From: Pirellulaceae bacterium
GTDB taxonomy: Bacteria; Planctomycetota; Planctomycetia; Pirellulales; Pirellulaceae
DNA: 26,321 bases
Direction of reading: 5' to 3'
NCBI GenBank assembly: GCA_041746275.1
Contig: JBGTHH010000617.1
Location: 1 to 26,321, forward strand
In this document: piece after piece, positions 24,501 to 26,321 of the stretch
Layout of the letters: every line of letters begins with the position of its first letter
Numbering within the stretch: position 1 is the first letter of the stretch
Position numbers and translations under genes: made by a program
The notes under the pieces: model-generated
The model's input: only the letters and a program-made list of their open reading frames with translations
Told to the model about the DNA's origin: nothing
Databases searched by the model: none

Positions 24501-26321
24501 TCAATAGATCCAAGTTGCCGGTCAAGCCCGCGGTGATCGGGCCGATCCCCGCCGAGACGTTGATCTGCGAATCGATCTTGGCCGTTAGAGCGAACTGCGT
24601 GCTGTCCAGCAAGTAGGGCGTGAACGTCTGGAAATTAAAGCCAAAATCGATATCCAAATTGCCGCCCAGCACGAAGTCGATCGCGCCGCTGGTCGTGATA
24701 TCGAGCGGTCCTAGATCGGGCAATTCAAAATCGAATCCCAGCGGCACGTTGATGCTCGGAGTGATACTCAAGCCGATCAACAGCACGGGCTGGAAGCCGT
24801 TGGCCGGGTTGTTATCCGCGTCGACAATATCACCGCGCAGCGACGGCGTGATTTGAAAGCGATCGGTCGAAATGCCGGTCGCCGTGCTGACTTCCGTTTC
24901 AATTGCCTCGAACGCCTTCTTCAATTCGGCATCCAACCGCTCGAACAGATTCGCCCGCGAAGTCACTTGGTTGCGAATCTCGGCGAACTTGTCCTGAAAC
25001 GGACTCAGATTCGCCACGGAACCGGGCAAGGCTTGGATCGCGCTTTCCAACGCATCGACCGTGCCAGCCAGTCGTGAAGCTTGAATAAAATCGACCGTTT
25101 GCACTTCGGCCGTCGTGCCCGTCACGCCTTGCGTCTTGGTCTTGGTGAGGACCGTCAATCCGGTGTCGCTTCGGCCGCGCAGGTCCGCGACATCGCCGCG
25201 AGCGGGATTAAAGGTCACTTCATACGGGCCGCCACGCTCGCCCGTTACCGCCGTGACGTTGTCGTCCGACTCGTAGTGAATCTCGATGTCTCCCGCACTG
25301 ATCGGGGTGGTCTGGATGGAAGTCACTCCCGAGCCGTTGGTCGTGGCGATGATTTGGTTTGGCTCACCCGCATTAACCGTCGTGCTGCCACCGTTCGGAG
25401 GCACCATCAACGGGAACGACGATCCGTCGGGCAGCAACACCATCAACATCGAGTTTGGCGTGACGTGCCCCGCAAGGATGATCGTTTGGCTTTGATTCGG
25501 GGTCGCGGCCACAATCCGCGTGGTGGCTTGCAACGCCGCCAGCACTTCCGCCGCCGACGCTTGCGCGCGTACCGCCGCCGACTGGAACAGGTCTCCCGAT
25601 CCATTCTTGGCGGAAAGGGTAAAGAGATGCTCGGCATTCACCGCCGCTCGGAAATCTCCGAAGGCCCGGTTGATGGAAGCGATCTGGTCCGAAGTGCCGC
25701 CCAATTCCGGCAGCAACTCCTTGAGTTGCTCGCTCAGTAAATTCATCGTGGCCTGGTCGGGTCCGCCCAGCAACGCGTCCGCCGCGCGGAGCATGCCATC
25801 GGTCACGGCGAGCACGTCATTCGGCGTTTTGTTGATCACCGGCAACGGCGTATTGAGCCCCTTAATGTCACTGCTGCGCAGCGTCTCCACCACTTGTTTC
25901 AGCACGTTTACGATGTCTTCGACGGACAGATTGCGGAGGTCACCCAACCACTCCTGGAACTTGGTCAGCTCCGTGGTGTCAAACTCCAATTTTGGCTTGA
26001 TCGATCCCGCCGACTCGGGCATCAATGTCGCCTTGACTCGTAACTCCGGCGCGGAGGCCGGCAGCAGATCGCTCACCGCCTTCAAATTCAGCTCGCCGCT
26101 ATATAACGGCCCGGCGCTGGGAGGTTGCAACTGGACCACATCGCGGAGGCCGCTGGAAAACTCTCGCAAGCGAATCTTGCCATCCGCGGGGGTGTTATTG
26201 GGGCCGGGCAGGTCCTGTAAGACCAACGTGGGCTGCAGCGTAAAGCTGAGCAGTTCATTGTTCGTGCCGCCGCCCACCAACCCAACGTTGAAGATCCCCA
26301 GCGACGCGAAGAGGTTGGCCT
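214..26321 (-). CDS. Giant Ca2+-binding multi-domain surface/secreted protein (RTX + FG-GAP + LRR + LamG + PKD + cadherin + dockerin), 5'-partial, at least 8,701 aa
   Basis: Single stop-free frame ending at TGA (214-216). The ORF track gives 8,688 aa from TTG 26280, but 13 more in-frame sense codons (ANLFASLGIFNVG) run to the window edge with no stop. The translation is full of recognisable extracellular repeat motifs. Confidence 0.97.
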   Translation of the reverse strand, partial: ANLFASLGIFNVGLVGGGTNNELLSFTLQPTLVLQDLPGPNNTPADGKIRLREFSSGLRDVVQLQPPSAGPLYSGELNLKAVSDLLPASAPELRVKATLMPESAGSIKPKLEFDTTELTKFQEWLGDLRNLSVEDIVNVLKQVVETLRSSDIKGLNTPLPVINKTPNDVLAVTDGMLRAADALLGGPDQATMNLLSEQLKELLPELGGTSDQIASINRAFGDFRAAVNAEHLFTLSAKNGSGDLFQSAAVRAQASAAEVLAALQATTRIVAATPNQSQTIILAGHVTPNSMLMVLLPDGSSFPLMVPPNGGSTTVNAGEPNQIIATTNGSGVTSIQTTPISAGDIEIHYESDDNVTAVTGERGGPYEVTFNPARGDVADLRGRSDTGLTVLTKTKTQGVTGTTAEVQTVDFIQASRLAGTVDALESAIQALPGSVANLSPFQDKFAEIRNQVTSRANLFERLDAELKKAFEAIETEVSTATGISTDRFQITPSLRGDIVDADNNPANGFQPVLLIGLSITPSINVPLGFDFELPDLGPLDITTSGAIDFVLGGNLDIDFGFNFQTFTPYLLDSTQFALTAKIDSQINVSAGIGPITAGLTGNLDLLKSTQQTAAAQPNRLTLSLDHDPAPGSLVVVSVGGRVLNPRTEYSVDGRTITFTPGQSGAIVAEYQKDGETQPASLTIGIKNDLVPNDSPGNVLLNDSAGVPRLLGKAVPFSVLRAKTDQSLTDTFMEADAKQVFLSQPLKAGTAVTVRLNNVVVLPAQYVVSTVAAGLFRGQTQVRFLTPKTGTITVDYTTETGFGGKIDFALNGILTASLDANVLGRQFPGAIQAAVAVNNPRPVFKVENLLSGVDFKKINLRQIVTGAKTVVSALSDGLARDLIRSLPLVGGSANLDDSFIGKLNGMLNSLDDLLSRGEDLSESLRVKIQTLLFDSLGPGGADLLVVAAGSSVKVARSEQVDVTLDLINGDFKINLHVKGADQIRTDFDLGVDALVFEFETDGGVLIDWSYAFDFGFGINLTDGFYFQLNENVTYVNGFPLPSGPKPEITLDASVRLAPGTSLTAQLFFLRLQAEASAIGTDTNENGRAVANATGFSGQIFVDLANPDNDPDNRLTLAEMRRTSFKELFNAGINTQVHVDLELTADTSAGSNLPEIATDFTLSWGIGVTTRDGIIGGGRPDVKFHNVTLDVGGFFDKVAAPLFGFFEEYIQPVKPMIDFLSEPVPGLNDFSQAVGGPKVTFLTMAVLLGSPNPKGLELAQKAERILTLIKNILDTVEAIQQMRDEAGGLKINFGTLDLSAGGVDLRNKGAAVKVANNFTSSIERSSTGGISQGIFDAISSQPNPNKTTAQRNNTSSTLKKLTRVPDSSGGNGFGLKIPLLSDPSNVFKLFTGEIVDIIQWDIPRLELNIPIKKSFGPLVPPFPIYATVGVTFDAFLDLSLGFDTRGIVSGGGDFWKGIYFGDLENVTTGKDIDEFGLGLEVTVGVAVNLGIVSVGVEGGIDARIRFNWNDSDGDGKLYLDELADQFLLQPSPAPTPNIPGLCVFDVSGTLDAFIRLVVDHPFGSEQLELIRARLFAFNHSCPQTVFTLGQMVTTESQVTPESLVINAGPYAARRTGDNSFNKDIGEKFFVKQIASHPNGTADVEVTYFYKTPTGRDKVATQVFNNIRGIHFEGGEGDDVFTVDPSVTIPLTLLGGAGNDILGGSDDPKADGPFGGSGRDILDGGPGNDRLTGGLGIDTFLFSDNWGDDVILGNEATENDRLSFAAVTQPIEVAYGTVSVISGNNKLTAGTSPSGKAIPITGIGHVTGSSSNQDRLIVSRIIGPHNVNTWNITEDNGGNINAGLFTFSGFEHLLAGNQDDVFVFSDGKGVGGDIDGGGGADTLNYAAYTTPIEVNRNTLRSTGIGGTFRNIDSVVGSPQADTLIGEDRVAEWVVSGLNSGEVLRAADRSFLFSSIENLTGGQFNDTFRFLSEGVITGLVKGNSVSANDQDVLTFASVTFPLLANVTGTNQGQVRGGEIGSGTIFPTSSIVTFESIENLITGTNNDEIVFAQGATFTGNIDMRAGQFDHLNFGLWTTDVTVALNGTKYVGAEWVTTGSGNDRVTGNSSNNRIFTGAGHDHVFAQGGDNLIVTDPAAFEFLGMFVTSITSIGNTPYDDVVTAGTGNDLVLTGMGDDTITILGGNNTVIADAGKFTHVGNLQTAQSIDSFAGGNDRITVGSGNDIVIAGNGADIIRDGDASLSIPGGGRNMLLGDGGIVRLLNGQFDRIDSNPSEFGGNDQFFLGAGDDFVFGGSGHDTIHGGDGNNRILGDDGFMLFQAGVFHTIGIVVSAFDGNDTITTGSGNDIILTGNGNNTVHAGAGDDDIIAGVGRDRLFGQAGDDFIAGGLGDDYIEGDDTTDLSVTGRDILFGGNPVGTRANYRFGTSDFGLSPEYVETERMHSSDPDPNRFGKPNNGADPGRYVPPLITPVFVLGLPVEGDAGDGDDVLIGGPLQDVLFGGAGNDRLFGDGHVPDPMNASLVLENPNDGPDYIDGGAGNDQIFGGGGEDVLRGGSGDDVIVGGGGIDQLYGDGGDDQLRGGKGNGVNGQILAGQRLYGGEGHDQLFAFAPTTNFGNLPTDENRLYGDQLFGGSGNDRLFGNIRKEVLDGGSGNDNIQGDAKIGPHEADNLNAATVGADDLILGGSGDDRLFGGGGNDEIWGGSGTDELHGQAGSNKLYGGEGIDIFVFFPGSVTDINEMDGHRDNRPRNPFDPQDTPVPDDDATDILSIQGLDGTNDDRILLSQEKGVPQPRLRLDFNNQVQLAAHLQNNANPHGAYFINMLNSQGTLTIDQIELSGLAGNDILGFVTAETRFPAGVINPVATGLSDALDLTALANRKDFVGIFNGGDGNDLLIGSAGPDRLDGGRGSDVLYGFGGDDRLLGDSGEGNRNDHDVLFAGQGNDDLIGGQGRNTLYAWSLPPQPELTPTPGAAFQPGNVQNLIDNGPTADFGVFVDSSGRIVSSLDQFGNVISNDGDLDDDGILDEDALLPANQQRGPRQLETTGLNRVLGGVRDDFLFGGTTLDFLYGNGGDDILIRSNGTTLDSMDGGLGGDEWKEYAKESDQVWYVGGTNAADEIRVDFVTEPGLLTDHHLITRLTENNGNFSFAAQVRLDFTATDGDNNPIWKAEDLRVDLDTILSAGPNEVAGEALMAVSTAQARLINNLLPPEGDFLVILIDALDGNDTVVVGPTVQKTVWVDGGAGDDVITIRSGNAILVDKAETVTPGSGLTSRNDTAPFAYELAVPTVGVLFDGLTIDSPDDIDWFKFQLDAVAGRTLDVATASPADQLTITIFNADRATNPNAAPVLGPLTATQAITTALAGLMANTEYLLEVKTNKTPTIYGIEFDRGTPHDVVNLSLRRDVVRRDVILGGTGDDILSGGPGEDWIFGGEGNDVLFGGYDRGASDLLIGGPGNDTFMLIPDYLPLRANQPNTVFDPATKTSITTLSDVMDGGEGVDRVLFLGGDKDRRGFDVRDYVSLRYDTALHRYEFTSLVWDIGTQQFRTTVNEAGQTVFEQQYLFYQTRDIEQTVFDMRGGDDVVNLSPEFRFLPVQSAGNHTFILQPGIDPSDFKEWGINPGDQQQGAREAAAVFINGGAGNDVLVGGPYNDTIRGDGGNDLIVGGLGNDLLEGGDGNDRIFGHLPTGGELNAVFPPARIVPPNFPMAGFAPEVYRFVMGSPFLGLESLGRTGVEVANLIQVTGPLTTIDGFTVDRSANFTLAGSGSFAIAGGQLTVTNNANQTAAAILTDGVNFAPVGTRVGIELQDSGPSLLQLSTSAQLVNAGNNVFGVRLQRNGTTVSSTSISATSVASQNFTVPLGPLTLWIDRYSATEFALYYGTVEGPTQLVQLVEVPEAAAVANMFIGIGAQGATSSGKQFDELQRQAIAKPDFANDAFALEGTTPGARLSSLQQIGDFNGDGAIDFLASGSNFSYVLFGPVEMDGLERIDEFADIVIHHAALGRPAKTFGDVNGDGFADLAFVRDDGAMLTVTTVLGNIIQGTDPANRAILWQRNWDQNFVANGLDAQNSRSFKLNRAQLAFEDIQLWMLDQNGDGKSDLLINSSTTEGTLGRTVDGQVSGVNGVINANGFGYFVATETDTFHVSTNRQTLTRINSNGTTNMITGFSAANVIEHVVVAHGTVYVAATELNGAGFSNDVANVWRVNLSNNTATKITNNTTGGTTILNMSSLPTTVFGAPAGSRDFYVQFGTGRQAETLFANSQLRKITWSANESNLPIVVVGNSLVNSSEFVAASFLADEQVEDALFIKSLGTDHSSSNANKTDDFLYYYDPALHGASSVKFNIGDPNSTTNSFPIHLDPLTKVGVAVAWDGRIAMIGGFDPSVCGPAAKPCTGQELLIVSNLNNSGTPLPLVTATGNNPKLTIVDILPGPDGSRPLDLTLVEKTLYFTAVAGPEGRTLWRYDATNGKASQVLDAAGSPITNAIQLKAFQGDLMFAKDGGLYRYDGTNVDLVADEIGGTTSVSPRIFSVGDRLATFALIPVVGGSGSNGFLIDYTPQTFGYIFSGADITNGVETRPDGTIDHLKALQRPNSRFFDFSFGDQIHMNVLGDIDGNGSDDRLAANAGRFFINTTNVLDRDVATQATVADPAAINLIRQNVGMLTDSTRESPVSTFGVPGASGTTELEFKLEGDAGAFNFTFGYFDVSRVTANPVTDKVNFARQAIENGTVVFVDQTTTVGDVTTRSIPVGTRLGFFVIPNDSVANFLANPASYYNPPANSGDIFFNKRSPLFSIADANPGQFDQMLAFISSDRTLFTFEDLTRIPGGMSDNDFKDLAFSINLPLIASEKIETFAIGDVFRDGFDDIAWRDGGEVRLIKGQATLSQINFNSPAVRILGITGTSEIAVTAGDFNADGHADLAIVNPFTDATYIFQSIDLKDGQVLRIEDADIIFKGTAHADPQPLGYAIPVYRSATRQVPGPIATTVTGANAVSGLTASTITLEIELTGTRVQQTTQGDTVINRPQAVEEKILLNVSVLAGDNLRTLVTKINQALSTTALAKYVAAEVPNQTTARLQFTATFPGTDNSIVGGTNIALVVREIPPVDFASLPVSPNLDLNADGYDDLVISALGAKGELDGAINNAGRIYVSYGGPTNSQVPSRYTSLENIAVRGSGSFVADRGTGGPILFQNGSEPFTFAMGEQERWFRFDTLGDGQAGNYIRLRTSDIADVGLRADLLNGDGGILAKNQTIFDLRTLTAGTYYLRVYDTDAASPFVIEFKPPIRGQQHATSSLPDRDEIRGGGGDDFIEGGFGIDRIFGSSGVDTFVAEDVEVRDRDVADNVPFGRPTVAHLSFETFSQPLNPLVTFADVNLHAKVATTLGIPVTNGTIVHEPIRATDATRIQILNASNATIGDLTGLANFLNLDTLNLANNNLASDDLRNLTPVVLMSGPRAGEAAGAGMLESLDLSNNAGIVDITALGALATLSSLNLQGTGVNPVSATTLDALARLTDLQTLFLANVPLTANTDLAFDEGATVLVNFSPSVSWRLVDSTPQRNPIVSGGLPIAAANSPVAFTAFQSGLYIVQTNSGGGFVDRFPIVVRNLAPTITKEPNLALANGNTGLVESQTIVISNAAVVGSNATYTLGLKTGEDGQGNPLSTAIDTLIANDPSTADAANLRVHVAFTSPQGVTTDLTKSSLKFQNEVLVLNPATLNGERNVTTTFWIKPQQNVGDLVPRAIVSGAAIRQQNDDEFLIQVDQKDLDKIHFTTRGTTVTWQLASVLSTNTFQHIALVRDVAEQQAELFVNGVSQGTKSIELKALELERLVVGQRLGRIAADYDSTQAYQGWIDELTMWNRALTAVEIAPIALGNVPTLDNSLIGYWPFNEGLRDVAGDRSRRLLDGVLGGAPMVRANQTPASPLTTIQLNGYTGSVFASGVVGDLAGHSVASNADINGDGFADLVIGAPGKYCCMGDPDPLGDGAVYVIFGTPDGFPRSVRLDELNGTNGFKIVSPQERSNFGFSVAADDFNGDGIDDVLIGAMHASFDFNANYDSYDRFQAGGAYVLFGKSTGFQAEETVDSLDGTDGFVMRDPDTFAHGGWTVSSAGDINGDGIADMAVNSWNGHEGTEYFYGKPRGQVYIVFGRQNVTNGILELSTLDGTNGFSLTGNGNGKGFGLGLAPVGDVNGDGLDDLMIGARNSGHAHFDGIVHVLFGRDENNPFPAHLSLDNLGGNGIKFDRANDSENFRNAGAHVSGIGDFNGDGINDMLVATDQDHDRIAYVIYGSSQLTQTNVQQLETGNNNFNSGGTFRLRFNGQTTGVLTLGTATAASIETALEGLSSITNVTVTDAWPQFSGRIFNIEFHNPSGNIPLIEFLPDGNVPFPEEFGVSRVLRASDLNGINGFAITTVNDGNSADLDVGGGGDVNGDGLADLVIGRSRAGNEAGKGYVIFGQLGTNMPPQFALENINGSNGFVLEGVQPFESFDRFGERVGIWVDNRGDVNGDGFDDVVFGADSGHRFDFPNDQYVDYPFNASRHAGKAYVVYGGLSGDLSGRPAPEWHSDTPEVFKQEYQFADDGIYTMKWTVADRDGGFAFIEKQVVVRNSAPTANATSQIPANPSLFGSGLFAAMMISSTTSTSVGNTIQFDGRSSTDLGAEDRLSYAWHVDASNGEPIQAGAESTFSLTPQFAGIYTVTLVVTDSDGTPSEPLIHVVTFHPVAGIHALDQEPTGPGQFAGAVGEVLSFDASETTRLAMGLLRGNTLDVTRNFQWTLTKPGAAAAPFVLNVSDPGQFQFVPFDPGQYNLRLTVTDNFTENGQPYQVENQTIASPTDFVDITINVAIQTPLAIGVPFGAATAVFEGDLVQLSGLNLASVPAGATRTFLWSVVAANGQAIPNGTSDTFVFTPHDEGNYNVALTVTDRFDAQNAIVRNAASQIVASNVAPTITMAEMASFAEGGVLRLNPEAQGNTLAVRVTDRGAADVAGLQVSVDWGDGTVQNNINLATAQHTYGNDGLFTVTITANDGDANGITQRQAQVVVVNLAPTGEDNVIDRFVPANETEVFNNAFLVALLSDHDGTPMVVSVDHVSRFGATITSLGGGQFRYDPRHVDRFRALPAGAFDPNPLDIFDHFVYTVSDADGAEAQFRVFVGVVGVNDAPQARPDALSISANVANATIDVLLNDFDPDTGAVLTVSQVGTQTNPTVDVTGSFGSLDWAANGTVTYHLQTAHPMVLALAAGQTLTETFAYTVSDGVATDTSTLTVTITGVNDPPSNVSLSQAMVSENAPGAVVGNIVVSDPDTGDVHTVTVDDSRFEIVGLSGSQQLKLRSGISLDHETQPQVTLSVTATDFAGATLTKTLVVQVTDVNEAPTDITLSNNTVQENLVGVVVGRLLVSDPDVGQTFTFSLDPAETRFEIVDGRLKLTAGTSFDREVLGAVGVDVTVTDSGTPGLSFTKRLGVTILDVNEAPTAITLSNNTVLENASGAVIGTLTVFDPDLNDAHTFSVSDHRFEVQVGQLKLKAGQALDFEAAATVDLEVTATDNNGNGLSFTQAFTIDVIDIEEVGESNTAPADITLTPATIAENLSGGVIGTLTAIDPNVGDTHTFVVVSDPRFEVNASNQLKLVAGQSLNFEAGATVLVRVTATDNGVPSKSFSKSLVVQVTNVNEPPTDIRVLGVIVDENSPGATIGGVVVDDPDAGDTHTVTVDDPRFEVVNGVLKLKATSSLDFEQAAQVPLVLTAQDAGGLSLIKTIAVTVRDVNEAPTSISLGGSQVSENVAGANIGVLTVQDPDVGQSHSFMLSDARFEVGISNQLKLKAGQSLDFEEASQISLVVTATDNGSPALSLSQVFVINVMDVNEAPTDIILIGSSVNEASPGATIGGVIVLDPDHNDVITVAVDDMRFEVVSGILRLKAAQQLDFETEPSVELQLTATDSGNPGLTFSKTFTIAVNDVAEGGGGEGNSAPTHVALSNQSIAENVVAGIIGSLTVTDPDTVDTHTFTVSDNRFEITGTQLKLKAGQSLDHEAEAFISLTITATDSGTPPLSLTVPLIITVTNVNEAPTGLSLNNNQVDENLTGALIGELTVVDPDTNDTHTFTVSDNRFEVVGRFLKLKAGQSLDHEQAATISLNVTVLDAGGLSHTQAFTVEVRDLNEAPTDITLNNSTVAENVAGAVIGALSVTDPDAGNTHILTVSDNRFEIVGGNLRLKAGQSVNSVATPTIPLLLTATDNGTPAASFSKIVMITVQSGGVTNQAPTNITLSQATIAENVVAGIIGAVTVSDPNMGDTHSFIVSDSRFEIVGGNLRLKAGQSLDHEAAATVSLTITATDSGTPPLSLTLPFTINVLDVNEFSPVINAATFAVNENSPQATVVGIVVASDQDTSQSLSYAITSGNSDNAFQIDGVGIVTVTGNAILNFEVTPQRTIEVTVTDSGTPSRSSTQSFVIDILDINDAPAAVTLSSNDVPERLSGFVVGQLTVIDEDANDTHELTVDDTRFEIVDGKLKLKDGVFLVRSAAEEVTLSVTATDTTNPTLNVTESFELSVLENPFPWQNPTLNVDVNGDGQVSPLDVLIVVNLLNQPSSPLLTAGKTLPVSRPADSLEPYYDVNGDGVVSPLDVLIVINTLNNPGSGEGAVAESLAAGSSASVAASSRNTGISRPVTGAAWDRSDATLRQLEFERDNLYAVIGMEDLALRADRARSPQRLTTEPVGDDWELDLDSLVGELADDIGRSWGR
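538..783 (-). other. Dockerin type I-like domain (planctomycete type, two Ca-binding repeats)
   Basis: PWQNPTLNVDVNGDGQVSPLDVLIVVNLLN ... YYDVNGDGVVSPLDVLIVINTLN: a duplicated DxNGDG-x-V-x-x-LD-x-L motif. Confidence 0.88.
781..4599 (-). repeat. 13 tandem bacterial cadherin-like repeats (94-104 aa each)
   Basis: Recurrent N(E/D)AP-x-x-I-x-L...EN...G-x-L-x-V-x-DPD...RFEI...LKL...LD(F/H)E...V-x-ATD...DV. Units in N-to-C order: 4306-4599, 4012-4305, 3706-4011, 3412-3705, 3130-3411, 2839-3129, 2527-2838, 2239-2526, 1957-2238, 1660-1956, 1372-1659, 1066-1371, 781-1065. Confidence 0.93.
1484..1821. repeat. Perfect 41-bp direct repeat (1484-1524 and 1781-1821) between adjacent cadherin units 11 and 10
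   Basis: tgtcccgcctttaacctcagattcccgccgacgatctcgaa occurs twice, 297 bp apart. It extends to about 56 bp with 2 mismatches. Confidence 0.95.
4600..5280 (-). repeat. Two VCBS/cadherin-like Ig domains
   Basis: NLAPTGEDN...FRYDP...DHFVYTVSDADG...VVGVNDAPQARPD...DVLLNDFDPD...GSLDWAANGTVTY...LAAGQTLTETFAYTVSDG...TVTITGVND. Confidence 0.75.
5281..6585 (-). repeat. About four PKD/chitinase-type Ig-like domains
   Basis: FDGRSSTD...LSYAW...GIYTVTLVVTDSDG; LSFDASE...FQW...GQYNLRLTVTD; FLWSV...EGNYNVALTVTD; VDWGDG...HTYGNDGLFTVTITAND. Confidence 0.8.
6754..8620 (-). repeat. FG-GAP/integrin-alpha-like 7-bladed beta-propeller B
   Basis: Seven D(I/F/V)NGDG-x-x-D motifs, each followed by a G-x-(A/V)-Y-(V/I)-(I/L/V)-(F/Y)G-type strand: ADINGDGFAD, DDFNGDGIDD, GDINGDGIAD, GDVNGDGLDD, GDFNGDGIND, GDVNGDGLAD, GDVNGDGFDD. 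Confidence 0.92.
8659..9297 (-). other. LamG/pentraxin-like (concanavalin A-like lectin) domain
   Basis: TTTFWIKP...FQHIALVRD...ELFVNGV...LVVGQ...YQGWIDELTMWNRALTAVEI...LIGYWPFNEG...DGVLGGAP. Confidence 0.88.
9298..9576 (-). other. N-terminal half of a split PKD-like Ig domain (C-terminal half at 6586-6680)
   Basis: NLAPTI...I-x-NDPS-x-x-D...LRVHVAF; the matching QFADDGIYTMKWTVADRDGG...VVVRN appears only about 870 aa later. Confidence 0.55.
9823..10296 (-). other. Internalin-like leucine-rich repeat domain with N-cap
   Basis: VTFADVNLHAKVATTLG...IQILNASNATIGDLTGLANFLNLDTLNLANNNL...LESLDLSNNAGIVDITALGALATLSSLNLQGTGV...LARLTDLQTLFLAN (LxxLxLxxN consensus). Confidence 0.82.
10402..10497 (-). 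repeat. Last RTX nonapeptide cluster
   Basis: DEIRGGGGDDFIEGGFGIDRIFGSSGVDTF. Confidence 0.85.
10537..10800 (-). other. PPC (pre-peptidase C-terminal)-like beta-sandwich 2
   Basis: ERWFRFDT...LRADLLNGDG...DLRTLTAGTYYLRVY...FVIEF. Confidence 0.6.
11851..12390 (-). other. DUF4114-like domain
   Basis: AFNFTFGYF...RLGFFVIPN...PLFSIADANPGQFD...TFEDL...SDNDFKDLAFSI matches the DUF4114 FEDL...D-x-D(F/Y)-x-D-x-x-F pattern. Confidence 0.75.
12700..14030 (-). other. Inserted beta-propeller-like region with degenerate ELWxxDGT-type blades
   Basis: HGTVYVAAT...NVWRVN; GQELLIVSN; EKTLYFTA...GRTLWRYDAT; QGDLMFAKDGGLYRYDGT; GDRLATF. Confidence 0.5.
14590..15110 (-). other. Lectin/concanavalin A-like beta-sandwich (putative)
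   Basis: F-x-x-D...GSFAIAGGQLTVT...LTLWIDRY...FALYY...MFIGIGA...QFDEL resembles a jelly-roll sugar-binding module; the family is not certain. Confidence 0.4.
15310..21310 (-). repeat. RTX/hemolysin-type Ca2+-binding repeat region (roughly 70-80 nonapeptides by eye including degenerate copies) with interspersed non-repetitive inserts
   Basis: Dense GGxGxDxLx runs such as GGAGNDQIFGGGGEDVLRGGSGDDVIVGGGGIDQLYGDGGDDQLR, plus (I/F)E(N/H)L-x-GG spacer units. Confidence 0.95.
16186..16533 (-). other. PPC-like beta-sandwich 1, inserted between RTX repeats
   Basis: RNDTAPFAYEL...LTIDSPDDIDWFKFQL...LTITIFNAD...EYLLEV...YGIEF (ND...A...D-x-DW(F/Y)-x-F pattern). Confidence 0.7.
21600..26321 (-). other. 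Unannotated N-terminal region of three related helix-plus-long-beta modules, two with EF-hand-like loops
   Basis: Recurring LPVI/LPLVG/VPGL helical starts are followed by FDFELP/DFDLGV/FDAFLDLSLGFD beta segments. The loops are DNDPDNRLTLAE (22969-23004) and DSDGDGKLYLDE (21763-21798). Confidence 0.5.

Noticed and set aside
6892-25200. Three RGD tripeptides (25192-25200, 24829-24837, 6892-6900)
   Set aside because: With rough residue frequencies (R about 4%, G about 11%, D about 8%), about three are expected by chance in 8,700 aa, and one is simply part of an FG-GAP GD motif.
26278-26280. TTG start assigned by the ORF track
   Set aside because: The frame is open upstream to the window edge, no Shine-Dalgarno or signal peptide is evident, and the sequence looks mid-domain.

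Overview
Almost the whole window (214..26321, minus strand) is one uninterrupted reading frame. It encodes the C-terminal at least 8,701 aa of a giant, Ca2+-binding, multi-domain surface or secreted protein (adhesin-like). The frame stays open to the right edge (…ANLFASLGIFNVG-LVGGG…), so the TTG 'start' at 26280 in the ORF track is probably not the real start. Domain order N to C: an unannotated region of about 1,570 aa built from three related helix-plus-long-beta modules with EF-hand-like loops; a long RTX/hemolysin-type Ca-binding repeat region with inserted domains; a lectin-like sandwich; a first FG-GAP propeller interrupted by three inserts; a PPC-like domain; an internalin-like LRR; a PKD/LamG/FG-GAP nest; four PKD domains; two VCBS-like domains; 13 cadherin repeats; a planctomycete-type dockerin; and an acidic tail. 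The dockerin signature and domain mix point to Planctomycetota, probably Pirellulaceae (inference). The most distinctive feature is a repeated Russian-doll architecture, with domains inserted into loops of other domains up to four levels deep. One insert has clearly lower GC than its flanks. No RNA genes, mobile elements or CRISPR arrays were seen. The many other ORFs are best explained as shadow frames. All domain calls come from motif recognition by eye, not from HMM searches.
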